A stretch of 63,988 nt of DNA, the filler included, from Thelocarpon superellum (lineage: Eukaryota): assembly GCA_026025795.1 (NCBI GenBank). It is 3 parts of 3 records of this genome, joined end to end, with 100 filler letters (N's around TTAATTAATTAA, not from the genome) between each part and the next. Parts side by side here need not be neighbours in the genome. Positions count along the whole stretch, not along the records: positions 24,610 to 49,059 come from JAPEUG010000274.1; positions 49,160 to 63,988 come from JAPEUG010000425.1; 1 more part is not named here. One strand, 5' to 3'. Position 1 is the stretch's first letter. The number at the start of each line of letters is the position of its first letter. This document shows positions 41,499-54,567 of the stretch, piece by piece. The notes below the pieces were generated by a model. The model made no database searches, was not told the origin of the DNA, and worked only from the letters and a program-made list of their open reading frames with translations. Position numbers and translations under genes: made by a program.

Positions 41499-41901
41499 CC
41501 TGTTGAATCGGCTTCGGCGTCCATCGTCCCGGGGTCTTGCTCTGCCATACGCCGTAGAAACTTGCCTACGTAAATTTGGTGATTTGACATCCGTCGCGGT
41601 CTCCAATCCAGACTCGCGACGTGAAGTTCGTTTGCCGAGTCGTTCCAGCTGCATGCATGACTTTCTTCCTACGATACAATAGATGGGGCCAAAACTTCAT
41701 TCAGTCAGAAAAGATGGCCGAGGAAGCCAGCCTAGGTCAGATTGACGACTGAGTAGCTTAGATTGCCTGTGTATGTCTGGGGGGGTTTGCGGGGAGGGCG
41801 AAGAGAGGCCCGCTCTACGGTAACTGCAGCCTATGCGCTCTTTTCTTTCCAGGCCCATGATGGCGGACGGAGCTGGTTCGGTGACGTCTCGCTGATTAAT
41901 G

Positions 41902-43929
41902 TCATGTGCCGTCGTTTGCATCCACGAAAACATCTACCTCGTCACTTCTCGTGTCTTGCCGGACTAGGTGTGTGCCTTCGTTTGCTTGCGGTACGGTATG
42001 GTGTCCCCCCGGCGTCGGCACCAGTGACGGCTGAAGGGGCTGCTGCAGTCCTGAATCGGACGAATCGTCGAATGGATGACCACTCGCCTGCGGAGGAGGT
42101 TCCGATGATTGTGGGGGAGCTCGTGTGGTCGCGTCGTTTTGTCCAAAGTCCACTAGGTCGTCTCCTCCTCCAGATGCTTCTTGGGCGTGAGGTGCTGCTT
42201 GTGCTTCTCCTGTAGGTTGAGCGGCCTGCTGTTGTGGCACGTCCCCTCCAGGCGTGATTGGCACGATCGAGAGGATCTGCTGTGTTTGGGCGTCCGCCGT
42301 TGAGCCGTTACTTTCTCCAGATTAGTTCACCGTCGACATATATGGACATCCCGTGCTCACATATCGGCATTCAAGATCCAATCTAGCGCTTCCTCGCCTT
42401 CCTCGGATCCTCCCGGGCCACCTCGTACCGGGCGGAAGAGCTTCGGCTCCCAATCCTGTCCGCGTTCCGCTCTTTGTGATGCCTCGGCTCGCTGCATCTC
42501 TTCGATTCGTCCCTTCTCGTCCGTGGCTACCTCATGATTTCGTTCCTTGAGCGCCGCCACGCATTTGGCCCAAAGCTTCTGTGACTCGCGCTCGTTCTGC
42601 GCTTCGAGCGGTCGAACGAGCGGAGGGGATGCCTTCGCATGCGTCGCGTCAAAGAGCAGCTCTTTGTGACCCGTCTAGTTGCCGGATGGACCACGTCAGC
42701 CTTGCCGCGCTCAAACGTTCCTGATTCGCTTGCCTCGTACCGTAACATCCTTGATGAACATCTCCCCGCTCCACATGCCCGAGATCTCATAGAGGACGGC
42801 CTGTGTTTTCTCGTTTTTGATAGTCCCTCCGATGGCATTGTAAGTTCCACCAAAATAGCCCTTGGTCTTGAACTCGAGATCGGCAATCAAGCCGAGTTCC
42901 GGGCAGCGGACGACGGAGTGATCGCCCAGCTCGTACTTCATCTTGCCGAACAGGATCCCGCGCGCATACATGTTTGGTTGCGTCACGATGCTGAGCGAGA
43001 TGTCAGACGGACGCTCTTGATCGCGAGGAGAGTCAACTTACTATTTCTCGCCTTTGGGGCCCCGGTTGAGGAAGGTCAAGATGGCGATCCCCTCCATCAT
43101 ACTGGCGGCCGAGTTGCCCAGAAACTTACTGCGAGGCTTCAACGTGCCATCGATGCGGATGCCATGCTCGGGAGACATGTAGAAGTAACTAGATTTGGGT
43201 GGATGATGAGACGTTTGCTCGGCAATGTAGAAGGCCCGCGTATGATCGGAGTAATCCCAGTAGCAGGTGAAGTATTCGCCGAGGATGGGATTGAGCGGCT
43301 TCTTGACACCCCTGAGCAGCGTCAGTTTGGTGCCAGGTCATTTCTCTGGGCCACCCCATTGCACTTACGGCGGCCGGATATGCCATCCGCTTAAGTAGAA
43401 TTTCACCACGGACACAAATCGCTGGGTTGGATCATCCACTGTGGGCATGGGCAGGAGCGTCTCTGGATGTTGCATGAAGCTGAAGTCCATCAGCCTCGAA
43501 CTCAGCCGTCGCGCCGAGATCATCAACGCACTTGGTAATCCGTTCGAGCATCGACCGTGGCTCCAAGATGAAGGTTGGCAAAACCACCCGACTGAGATCC
43601 GCGCCAGGACGCAACTGCGAGATGATGTGGGAGAGGACTGGACAGGAGGCGGACGTCATGAGCTCCAAGCGCTTTTATGAGCTCAAGATGCCCCGGACGA
43701 CTGCACGTACCATTGCCTTGCTCAGGTTCGACCACGGTCTCGTCCTCCTCCGACCCGGTATCGGGCCTTGCCTCCTCCGAGGACGAACCCTTGCCTGCGA
43801 ATATGGCCCAGTCAGCTCCGAACATGGCCATCGTCAACAGTGCGGGCGGCGAGGTTAGAGAGGCAGCTGGCGGACAGGTGGGGCAAACGGACCAGTGAGC
43901 GACATGCGCCGACTTCCGATCCCTACCAT
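41902..43929 (-). CDS. Oxysterol-binding protein, Osh6/Osh7 subfamily (about 7 introns)
   Basis: [58 protein letters not shown] and [12 protein letters not shown] recovered across exons. Start at 43929 is tentative. Confidence 0.92.
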
Positions 43930-45297
43930 GTTGAATTCCGCAGTGTTTGGTGGGGGATGCACGCTTCTCGAATAGCCCTCGACGATGAGAAACGTGGGCA
44001 GGATTGGCGAGCACGCTGGTAGACGCGTGCAGGGCTGGCTAGGCAGTCGCGGTGGGAAGGTGGGGCACGGCGGAATCGACGGACAGGTCGTTGGTGGGAT
44101 AAGTACCTACTTGCACTGCAAGTATTCTACGAATGTACGAGTATTTCCTCCTCATTCCTGTGCGAGTACCCGCCCGCATACCTTTGATCACCCAGCACCT
44201 GTCCCGTGGCTTCGGCGACAGACAGCCCGTTCGGCTACGTCAGGCATCGGACTTGGTTGAGACGGATGCTTGGCTTGGCAAGCATGAATCATCAAGCGAC
44301 TTGGAGACAGCCAGCGGTCATGCATGTCGCACGTTAGTGCGATGTAAGTCGAAATCATTGCCTCTTACGGAAGTGGGGTCATACTACCCCTCCAGACACG
44401 CTTTCTACCTGTCTGAGAGAATTAAGGGAACCGCTCCCTTTTATTGCGACGCCAGGTACTCGGAATAGACCGAATTCAGTCTTTGATCGTTCAGCCCTGG
44501 GACGACGGTCAGCACAGCTTCGTCACTCGACACCATCTTCCGATTGCTCGTTGCACGCAGGCGGTGGCGGACAAGAATAAATTTCATCCCAGCAATTACG
44601 ACGGCATGGTGGAGATATGCCCTCTCCCCCTAACGACAAGAATGGCTTACATCTGTTGAAGAGACTGCGGTTAAAATCCCAGGGATCGTCCGACAGGGGC
44701 ATTTCGAGCTTCAGGGCTGTAAGACACGTAAGAGTAGCCGGCGGCGTTGTAGATGGGCGCGGAAAAGGGTCCGTTCACGTCACAACCTATTGCACCCAAT
44801 GATATTTTCGCTGCATCGGGGTTATGTTAGAGTGCTCGAGTGCACGAGGGGGAAAGTAAGCACCGTGAAGATACACCAGGGCGACGTGAATTCCCACCAC
44901 TCTACCGTGGCGTAAGGAGTGAGGAGTGAGGCGTAGAGGGTGTCTGCTGTATTAACAACGCCGAAGCGAAGTTCCACGTCCCAAGGGCGCCAGTCTCCTG
45001 GACAGACGCGTAGATCTCACCTGTCAGGTTCTGATGATTGTCGTTTCCCGGTAGCCCATAATCTTCCAACCCGTGCAAGCTCTTTCAACTTCCTTCACAA
45101 GAAGCGTCGTCCGTCTTTCAATCAGCAGGCAGCAAATATCGCCAGCCTCGATCGACTGCGTGTCGAACCCCTTCCCCTGACACCCGTTGTTTTGAGTGAG
45201 CTTCTCAGTTCCGTCCGTCGAACTTCGTCGCCGTTGGCCCTCTTGACTTCCAACGCTTGTTCCCCACCCTTCTCTTGACCTCTGGATCGATCTCAAT

Positions 45298-47402
45298 ATG
45301 TCGAGTCCCCCTGGGCAGCTTGTGCCAGCCTTCAACATGAGCCACTCCGCTGTCTCATCGCCGCCCGCAGAGCCTGAGGTCGAAGGCACTCTGACCAGCC
45401 TGCCGGTGAACCAAGACCGCCAATACGCAGTCTACCCTCCCGTCGTGGCTCGCAATCAGACGCTCGGATATGTCCGTGACGGTAAGTCCTCTCTCATCGT
45501 CTGCCTCCCAGTGGTTGCTCGGGTCCTCTTTCACCAGCTTCGTAGTCTTGACCGCTGGCTCTCGTCCAGTTCCTTTCCAGACGTGTTTGCCTCTTGTCTT
45601 GAATCCGCTCGTACCCGACCCACTCGTCTTCTGGTGCCGTTGCATTGCTCACTCTGTCAGCCGTTTTTGATTGCTTCAATCTCGAAGAGAGCGCTGACAG
45701 GCTCGTAGTCAATACGTGTGAGTACTCTCGCGACATTGGCCGATCATCGATCTTGAATCGACGGGTCTTCTTTCAATTCGGAGACACCTTCTGCAAGAAC
45801 ACTCATGGCGAGTTCGTTGGCCTCACCAGCCATACTTGCGCCCGTCTCAACGCCAGCGCCCATCCGCGAATGACGCAGTACTGCGATGTCAAGCCCAACG
45901 GTCAAGTCAATTCCTTCATTCCCCTGACACGCGACGAGGAGCGCTTCGAGCATGGCGAGAAGGAGTCAGGCGGCCGCGTCACCCTATGGAGCTTTGGCGG
46001 TATCGCCGGCGATGGGCCCCACGCGGAGCGAGGCTGGTGTTGGTTCGAAGTTGGAGAGGCCGTACGCGTGCATCCTGCCTTTTCTCCTGATGTGTCGTCC
46101 ACTGACGGAGGCGGCGGGCCCAGTACGACGACGGGCGGATGATTGCCAAGGGAACCGGCATCGCACGAGTCATCTACGACCCTGAGCGAGAGACGGTGTA
46201 CGCCGTGCGTCCGAGTGAACAGATGCTGTTTGACGTAAGTCAGGGTTGCCTGGAAGATCAGCTCAGTCGGGCTGAAGAGCTGATGAGGAGGCGTACCTAG
46301 GTCAACCAACCCCGCTGGGGTACCTTCTCCACCCTGTCGCAGGATGGATACATCTATCTCTGGGGTCATCATGGCAACGCCATCATGCTGGCCCGCGTGA
46401 GGCCTCTGCAAGCCCTTCGACCCGACATGTACGAGTACTGGGACGGGCACGAATACTCGCTGGAGCGTAGCGTCGCATGTCCGGTGCTCCGCGACATGCA
46501 ACAAGGCGCCTTCTACCGCACCAACCTCTTTCATCCCGGCCTGGGGATCAAGTACATCTTCGTGGGCGTCAGCAACAAGGGGGACAGCGTCATCAACATG
46601 GGTTGCTCCAAGACCTTGGAGGGGCCATATGAGCTCTTTGAAGTGGCAGACGCTGAAGGGGTGACCCAAGGAGGGTACATGTACTGCATCTACCCCCATC
46701 CTTGGGCCTTCAACGAGGAAGAAGGGCAGCTGATGGTCACGTGGTCCGAGCCGTGGCCGGGAGGCGTGGTCGCGGCGAAATTGGAGTTTGTACAGGGTGA
46801 GGCGCCCCCAGTGGAGTAAGAAGGGGTGAAGCGAGGCAGGATCACGGCTTCACTGTACTATAGGGTCATTTAGTGAATCCAGACTAACGCAGTGCCCTCC
46901 GTAGGCCCCATGAACCACTATAAAGTGGTGTCTCTGGACCACCTCCCCCGTGAGTTTCCGTTTCTTCTTCCTATCAAGTCTTTCCTCTCACGCCGTCTCC
47001 GCCACGCGACTCGAATTGGGCTGACGGACCGGTGCAGCCTCTGTCGGCTCCGCTGTAGCCGCATCAATGGAGTGTTCGCAGATCGCTGCGTACACATCCA
47101 CCACCATCACGCCTCGAGGCGCGCCACGGGAGGCGGGACCCTTGGATGGGTCCCCCTTCCACCTCCACATTCTCGGCGACGAGAGGCGGAAGGTAGGGGA
47201 GGCGGCGTTGCTTCTGGGGCGTGTGGTGGCGCGGCTACTGACGGAGTGGACGGAGAGGGAGGAGGCGGTCCGGAGACAGACCGCCGAGGAAGCCGCGGAG
47301 ATGGCGCGAATGAACTCGCGACGACGGCGGTTCTCCAACACCGTCCGTCGCCTCTTCAAGCGGCGTGGAACCGGCGGCGCTGCCGATAAAGAGGCGGCGT
47401 GA
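45298..47402 (+). CDS. DUF4185-like (beta-propeller glycosidase-like) protein with a basic helical C-terminal extension, 6 exons
   Basis: Exons 45298-45481, 45709-46061, 46124-46234, 46301-46796, 46905-46949 and 47038-47402 join in frame. Motifs YSRD, FQFGDTF, LWSFGG, DGYIYLWG, LARV, YEYWDG, YCIYPHPW. Confidence 0.72.
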
Positions 47403-47969
47403 CGGTGGGGGACCGTTGTCGCCGCGGGTTCGGGGGTGGAATGGAAGGGTACGTGAGCTCCGATCCGGTCCAATTCATCGGCGTCTCGCTTGAATACTGA
47501 TCGTGAATTTGACAGGACATGACAGTGAGCTTGAAGTCTCACGGCTCGCGATGATTTTCAGAAGCTAATGATGGGTCTATGAGATGAACAGCCCCGTGAG
47601 GAAGGAGTCGCCCTTCTGTACACCTGCCTTGACTCGATGCGAGACTGGATGAGGTGAGAGAACCTCTGAGGCTGAATAATTTTGGCTTCCCGGGACTGAT
47701 GAGGCGTCTATTCTGGAAGAGTCCGCTTTATCGAGGTTCGTTTGTCAGCCAACCCCAGAGCTTCAAGCGAGCCCCCAGCGATTCGTTGCGATTCATCTCG
47801 CTTCGTCTTCCTTTGCTGGGCACGTCGCTTGGGTCAGCACCGCTAATGATCACCTCTTGCCAGCGACCTCATCCACAGCACACCAACTTCCGCTCGCCAC
47901 TCTCCCAAGCTCAACCCATTTCTCCACAACCTCTCACTCGCCTCCTCCCGTCCTCGTCCCTTCTCAGCC

Positions 47970-48707
47970 ATGGCGAATTACCTCGCGTCCATCTTTGGGA
48001 CCGAGCAAGACAAGGTATGTGTGGGCGGCCTCACCTCTGTCGAAAGCTGTAACTGACAATATTCCCATTAGGTCAACTGCAGTTTCTATTACAAGATCGG
48101 CGCATGTCGACATGGCGACCGATGCTCACGAAAGCACGTCAAGCCGTCGTACTCGCAGACAATCCTGCTCCCGAACCTGTACCAGAACCCAGCCTACGAT
48201 GCCAAGAACAAGATGAACCCATCTCAACTTCAAAACCACTTCGACGCCTTCTATGAAGATTTCTGGTGCGAGATGTGCAAGTATGGCGAGGTGGAGGAGG
48301 TGGTAGTGTGCGACAACAACAACGACCGTGAGTTCCCTTTCACCACATCCTCCCTCTACTCCTACTAATCTGACTCAGATCTCATCGGCAACGTGTACGC
48401 ACGATTCAAGTACGAAGACTCGGCACAGAAAGCATGCGACGCGTTGAACTCAAGATGGTACGCGGCGCGACCGATCTACTGCGAGTTATCACCGGTGACG
48501 GATTTCCGAGAGGCATGTTGTCGACTGAATAGCGGCGAGGGCTGCGTCCGAGGCGGCTTCTGCAACTTCATCCACCGCAAGGAACCGTCTCCGGAATTGG
48601 ACCGCGAGCTCGAACTCGGCACGAAGAAATGGCTACGAGCGCGCGGCAGAGACGATCGGAGCGCCAGCCGCAGCCCGAGTCCCGAACCGTCCCGGAAACG
48701 ACATTGA
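47970..48707 (+). CDS. U2AF1: Splicing factor U2AF small subunit (U2AF23/35)
   Basis: MANYLASIFGTEQDK|VNCSFYYKIGACRHGDRCSRKH; UHM region; second CCCH (ACCRLNSGEGCVRGGFCNFIH); short RS tail. Introns at about 48015-48071 and 48328-48378. Confidence 0.96.
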
Positions 48708-49059
48708 AGAGGGTCCTTGACGACGAGATTGAGATTCACGGATACAGCCTAGTGATGACGGGCGTCAACGGCCTGGCCTGGCTTGGTTTGGTGAAGTCTT
48801 GTGTCTTTTCCTTCTTCAACCTCGACGGAGCGCCGGGTCTGCGTGGTCTGCGTGGAGAATTAGCTGGTCGCAAGACATTCGGCATGAGCAGGCTCCGCTG
48901 CGAAGGGCAGCAGCATTGGCGCATCTACTAAGACGATGCTTCGCTTCTTCCATGTAACATACAGTGCCGCGCCACTACTGATAGTAGCAGTAGTTGAAGT
49001 CCTAGCCGTCATGATGATATGTTGATGTGCCTGCGTCCTGAGAGCTGCGTTTTTGATTT

Positions 49060-49159
49060 NNNNNNNNNNNNNNNNNNNNNNNNNNNNNNNNNNNNNNNNN
49101 NNNTTAATTAATTAANNNNNNNNNNNNNNNNNNNNNNNNNNNNNNNNNNNNNNNNNNNN
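49060..49159. other. Artificial contig linker / gap
   Basis: Identical 100-nt N-TTAATTAATTAA-N spacer (core 49104-49115). Confidence 0.97.
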
Positions 49160-49639
49160 TACTGTCCCTCCGTACTGTCTCTCTATGTGCCGGTGCTTGC
49201 CTTGGCTGCATGGTTAATGCCGGCGCTGACCGAGGCGTGGAGGGGCCGAGACGCCACCACGCGTGCTTGGTGGTACGGCGGGGAAGACGCGCCGCTGGCG
49301 GCCAGCCAAGCGAGAAGCGAGAAGTGAACTGAATTCTGTAGGGGTGGTGGTGTGACTTGGCGACTGCGGCAGGATTCACAGGGCAAGTGGCCCTGCAGGG
49401 AGACGTGGGGCGCGAGCGTCGTGATCGCTCGTCGTCGCGAGGGCCACTCTGTGGTCCAGGATCATCGAGAGAACACCACTAACAGGTAGGGACGAGTAGA
49501 GAGTTCATCGTGTCTAGCATCATGGTGTCTTGTCCATGTCCTCGACACCCCGTCATCCAACCTACACCGATGCAAACCCTCGCGTTCCCCCCGAACCGTC
49601 TATGCAGAGGAGAAGAAGACGACCGCGAATCATCGTTCC

Positions 49640-51137
49640 TTACACTTTGACCATCACTTTTACCCCAGCGAGCCGTACGCGGGCCAGGACGAAGAGCGTG
49701 GCGCCGCCCATCATCATGACGCCGGCGAAGATCTGCAGCTCGTTGAAGCCACCGTTTTCGCGCGTGTTCAGGGCGCCGGCCACGGGGCTGCCAAAGAGGG
49801 CGGCGAGCGAGATGGCGGCGAAGAGCGAGCCAGTCCGCACCCCGATCTGTCGCACGTCCGAGATCTGCGCGATGGTCGCCGGCGCCAGCGACACGTACGC
49901 GCCCGAGCTGAAGCCAAAGAGGGCGGCGAAGACGATGACGGCGGCGCTGGTGTGGGCGTTGCGCCACAGCGCGAGCGTGATGATGGCCGAGAAGTAGGTC
50001 GTCATGATCATCACGTTGAAGCGCCCGATCTTATCCGCGATCCAGCCGGGGATGATCCGGCCGAACAGACTGTGGGTCCGCCTCATCAGCCGAGCGACCC
50101 AGGCATGCAGAGGACGGGGGCACGACTCACCTGGCCGCATTGAGAATTGGCACGAGATATCCCGCCAGATCGGCCGACATCCCCACCGAGATGCCCTGCA
50201 GGATGATGAAGGTAAAGGGGACGAACAAGCCGAAGAAGAAGAGGAAGCCCGCGGCCGTGACCAAGCTGAAGGGTAGCTCGGTGAAGGGGACCAGAAACTC
50301 CAGCACGCTCACCGGCTTCTTCACCGGCGGGATGCGCGAGCGCACCGTCAGGTTGGCGATGACGAGCAGGCCCAGGATGAGGAAGGCGGACGCGCGCATG
50401 GTCCAGGGAAATCCAACGTTGTTGACCAGGCGCTGCACCATGATGGGGAAGATGACGCCGCCCAGACTCGAGCCGCTGGCGACGATGCCAAAGGCGAAGG
50501 CGCGGCGGCGGAAGAACCAGGTCGGCGTGCAGCCCAGGGCGGTGTAGAAGATGCAGCTGGCCCCAATGGGGCTGCAGATGCCCTGAGAGAGGATGAACTG
50601 GTAGTACTCCGTCGAGAGGGAGGTCATCATGAGCCCGAAGACGTGCATGAAGCTGCCGAAGAGGAGGATCCATCGCGGGCCGTAGTTGTCGTAGATCTTG
50701 CCGATGAAGGGGCCGCCCAGGAACATCATGAAGGTCTGGAGCGCGGGGATCCAGGCCACGGTGGAGGGCGAGTAGTCGCGGAGCTGGTGCGTCTGGTAGT
50801 AGTCCTGGAAGACGCCGATGCAGTTGATCCAGCCGAAGCTGACGAACAGACAGCAGAAGCCGCCGAGCACGACGGACCAGGCCTTGAGGCCGCCGTCGGG
50901 GAAGGACGAGGGATCCATCATCGGGTTCATTGGCGCCTTCTCGCGCGCCTGCTCCACGTCTCCCTCCGCCGCCAGGCCCTCGGGCGTTTCCGCCGTCTCG
51001 GGGAGGTCATTGGCGTCGGTCTGCGAGGTGATGGGGTTCAGGGTGGAGTGGCCATTGGCGGCAGCGCCGTGGCCGCTGAGATGGCCGTCGGTCTTCTCCA
51101 AGGTCGAGGCCGAAGAGTCATCGTGTGCGTGTTGCAT
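49640..51137 (-). CDS. MFS transporter, monocarboxylate porter (Mch/MCT) family
   Basis: FPDGGLKAWSVVLG, FGWINCIGVFQDYYQ, GKIYDNYGPR, WFFRRRAFAFGIVASGSSLGG, ADKIGRFN. Intron 50130-50070. Likely ATG 51137. Confidence 0.93.
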
Positions 51138-52040
51138 CTCGAATGAATTGGCGTGGGTTCGTCGACAATGCTGTGTGCACGACCCGGCGCGTGTCGGACG
51201 TGGGACGACGGTGCTGATGACGATGACGGTGGTGGGCAAGGTGAGACGCGGTGGACCGTGGGATGGCGGCTGATATTTATCTGATGGCGGCCATCCATGG
51301 TTACGGGAGCCGGCGCCATCGTGTAGTGCTGATGATGAAGCAGCGTCCCAGCGACGGACTCATGCCACGAGCACCACTAAGCGCAGATGTCGACCCCAGT
51401 GTCTCGTATTGGCGTGGGCCACTGACATAACGGCGCATGGCACTTGTGAGAGGGCCATGTCGGATCCCTGTACTCGCACTCTCGGACTTGGCCTGGGATT
51501 AACTGAAGGCCGAAAAGTCCGAGGGAGGCCGGGCGTGACGCGAGCCCGAAGGGGCCGTCGATCGTGGCATGCCACCAATCAAGGCGTGGTGCGGCCCGTG
51601 CATTAGCAATCATCCTTCCGCGTGGACAGGCGGCACCGTCTTCGCTAAGGACCGTCGGACCCTCGTCAGGTCGAAGGCGCGCCACGAACGTTTCGCTTGA
51701 CCCTTCGCTGAGCGCGCTGATCCCCGCCCGCTGCTCGGTCCTACCAAGCGCCGAAGACACTCTAACGCTTCGGAGCCGACTCGAGCGCAGCAGCACCGTT
51801 TTTACTCGTACCAAGGAGTAGTCTGGAGATCTCATGCAACATGCGTAATTCCACACGGGGATTGGCGATCTCAAGGAGTCATACCAGCGCCACCGTCTAG
51901 GTTTTCACCGACGCATCTTCCACGGAGGATTGTGTGAGAGCCGCGCAAGACGAGCGCAAAGGTGACAACTTTTGCTCAGGCTTGCCGTGCGCGGGAGTAC
52001 CTGGTCTGGGTAGACACCAGAGATCTATCATCGTATTTGG

Positions 52041-52609
52041 CTATGGGGAGAAATGAATCATCCCTCTAGCTTCAGCTTCTTCTAGAACGTCGGCCACCGA
52101 GTCAACCTCCGAACGCCACATGCCACTACCGCCGGCCCGTGCTGACCGATTGTGTGACATGCGGAAGCCGCTTGACTCGAAATCGACGCTCTCTCGGTTT
52201 GCACAGCGGAGATCCCCATGAAGCACTCCTCTTGCATGGCAGAATGCTAGAGCTTACGCTGCTTGCCCGGCCCACCCAAGAAGCTTCCCTTCCGGCAGGG
52301 GCACTGGTGCTGATTTCAGGAACGTCTCGACCAAACCTCCTTGGCATGTTCGAGGAAGATGCCTTCATTCGAGGAGCCAAGATATGCCAGTACATGATGG
52401 CGGCCAAGAGATGACCGCGGTTCCAGACGTTCGTACACCTCTTTTTCTTGAGCACATCGGGGACGACAGCCGATGTCGTCATCGCCCTCTGCGAAGTGAG
52501 GCAGTTTGATGATCTTTTTCGTACCAGGGCATAAGGCGACTACCCCGGAGGAGCTACCTCCGATGAGATCAGTTGCACTTCGTTCTACTGGCAGTGGAAG
52601 AATGGGCAT
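52041..52609 (-). pseudogene. Decayed protein-kinase-like gene
   Basis: IGGSSSGVV (Gly loop), IIKLP (Lys), EKEVYERL (helix C), HVLAYLG, GIFLEH. After a frameshift: KLLGWAGQAA*ALAFCHARGVLHGDLRCAN with in-frame TAA at 52256-52254. The C-lobe is largely missing. Confidence 0.75.
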
Positions 52610-53011
52610 ATCAAGGACGCTTCAAGATGATTGTTGAAATTATGTCACCAGATTTTCTTACGGTGGTGAGTTCGTTGGAGGTCGTGATTATGTCATCTAG
52701 CAGCTTGTCGTTCACCTGTAAGCTCCAAGCTACAAGGAACATGATTTAGCTGCTAGCCAGCCGGACAGAGAACCAACTCTTTGCTACAAGCAGGTGTGTG
52801 TGGGGGTGGTGCACAGTGGTTGCACAGAAGCACTCCACACCTTGCACTACCTCCACACGCGGCCACCATAATTACATTCTGAATTTTCTTCCATCCTCTC
52901 CGGCATTCCCCCACGTCGTCGTATGCAAAGGCAACATGGACTTGATATACATGCAGCTCACGGCTGGACCTGATCCATCGTTCCGCTACACCCATCGACC
53001 GAGAAGAGCGT

Positions 53012-53324
53012 CTAGTTGTCGGCGACACCAGTCACGCCAAGCCAGTTGGAGGACAGAACACCACTTGGGTCGTTGCAGGTGTTGTAGGGGTCATCTGTGT
53101 AACTGCTCCACGGCTGGCAGCCACCGGACGACTGGGAGCTTTGGTCGTCGTGGTGGTCGTCGTGGTGGTTGTTGTCGGCTAGATCAGTTAGCTGACGGTA
53201 TGTGCATATTGCCCGGTCAAGGACTCGACTCACGTGGAGGCGGCGGGCCGCCATGGGGCGCCGCGAGAACAACCGAGACGAGAACGGCAAGTGCCGCCAT
53301 CGAGAAGCCCTTGGAGAAGAACAT
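53012..53324 (-). CDS. 85-aa secreted microprotein with a poly-Pro and HHDDHHDD segment and two Cys
   Basis: Exon 1 53324-53234 (MFFSKGFSMAALAVLVSVVLAAPHGGPPPP); intron 53233-53179 (GTGAGT..GCTAAC..TAG); exon 2 53178-53012 (PDNNHHDDHHDDQSSQSSGGCQPWSSYTDDPYNTCNDPSGVLSSNWLGVTGVADN*). Confidence 0.78.
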
Positions 53325-53465
53325 GGTGATTGAGTATGCGAGCGAGGAAGAGAAGGAGGAAACGAGATCAAAGAAGTGAAGGCTTCGACGTGTTGCTGAT
53401 GCGTTTCAATTGCTTTTGGCTTTTGATCTGCAGGAAGAAGTGCCGACGCAGGACTGTCTGCCGGC

Positions 53466-53471
53466 TTTATA
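53466..53471 (-). promoter_or_regulatory. TATA box of the secreted microprotein gene
   Basis: TATAAA on the minus strand about 145 nt upstream of ATG 53324. Confidence 0.6.
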
Positions 53472-54567
53472 GCCTGTGAGGATGTGCCCGCATACCTGGC
53501 TACTTGCCCAGAGAGGTCGGTCGGCCTTGTAGGTCCCATCCGGCGGCCGTCTGCTCAACAAGGCAGGTCACGGGTGTTCATTGGTGGATGGGAGGCAAAG
53601 GCAGATGACGAAGGATGCCCATGGCCGCGCTGTCGAGACCGAGGGAGAGACTTGATAAGGTAGCTGCATCGGGTCATCATGTGCCGTCGTGGACGATCCT
53701 GACCACGCAGTGGAGAGGGTAGTGACGAACTGAAACTCAACGGTACGCGAATGTGAAGGATACTGCTATTTTCCTTGGCAGTAAATCATCTCCGGTAACA
53801 GGATGCAAGGGCGTAACTACCGGACAACAGCACGACGATGTCAGCCTTGGAAAGAGTCCCACGTGGCATAGGAAAGATGCCATCATACTCATGTCCCCGT
53901 TGGCCCGCAGGGTCTCCGCAGGCCCGTAGGGTCCAGTCACTTGCCGATTCTGGGCAGGCAGAGAAGGGTCTCGCGGTCTCGCGGGGCTCTCTTGCCAGCG
54001 CAAGATGACCTGAACAGATGCGCTGCGAGGTCGTGTCAGATGCGCTGCGCGGTCGTAGTATGATTTGTTGCAAACGCAGGTGTTTTGACTATCCAGAAAG
54101 CAAGTTTCCTGACCTACCTCTTATAGGTCCGGATCTATAGACCTTAACATCCATCTGGACGTAGATCCGTGGCAGACAGGCTTGCATGCCACCACCAGTA
54201 AGTCTTGGACAACATGTGAGTGGCATCACCAGCTCCACGTGCATGGCATGGACCATCACATGGGATCCTCGGCATGTCTGGCGGTCTGGCTCATTTCGCC
54301 CGACTTGTTGCGATCGTACAACTTGTCGGTTGCGTCAGAGCCACAAGGTGGCAATATTGCGTCCAATTGGGCGGACGTCTTCAAGGTTGGAAGTACGAAG
54401 TGCACCGGTATCCTCTAGGTCAACGTTGTAACTTATCTCACACGGCGCATTACATTCCAAATCGCATGCTTGCTCAGCCGCGCCTGCCTCGTCCTTGACA
54501 CGCTAGACTGGCTACTTCTGCCGAGGAGCACGACTGATGCCCCATATTTGTACTGGTGTAGGAGCGC

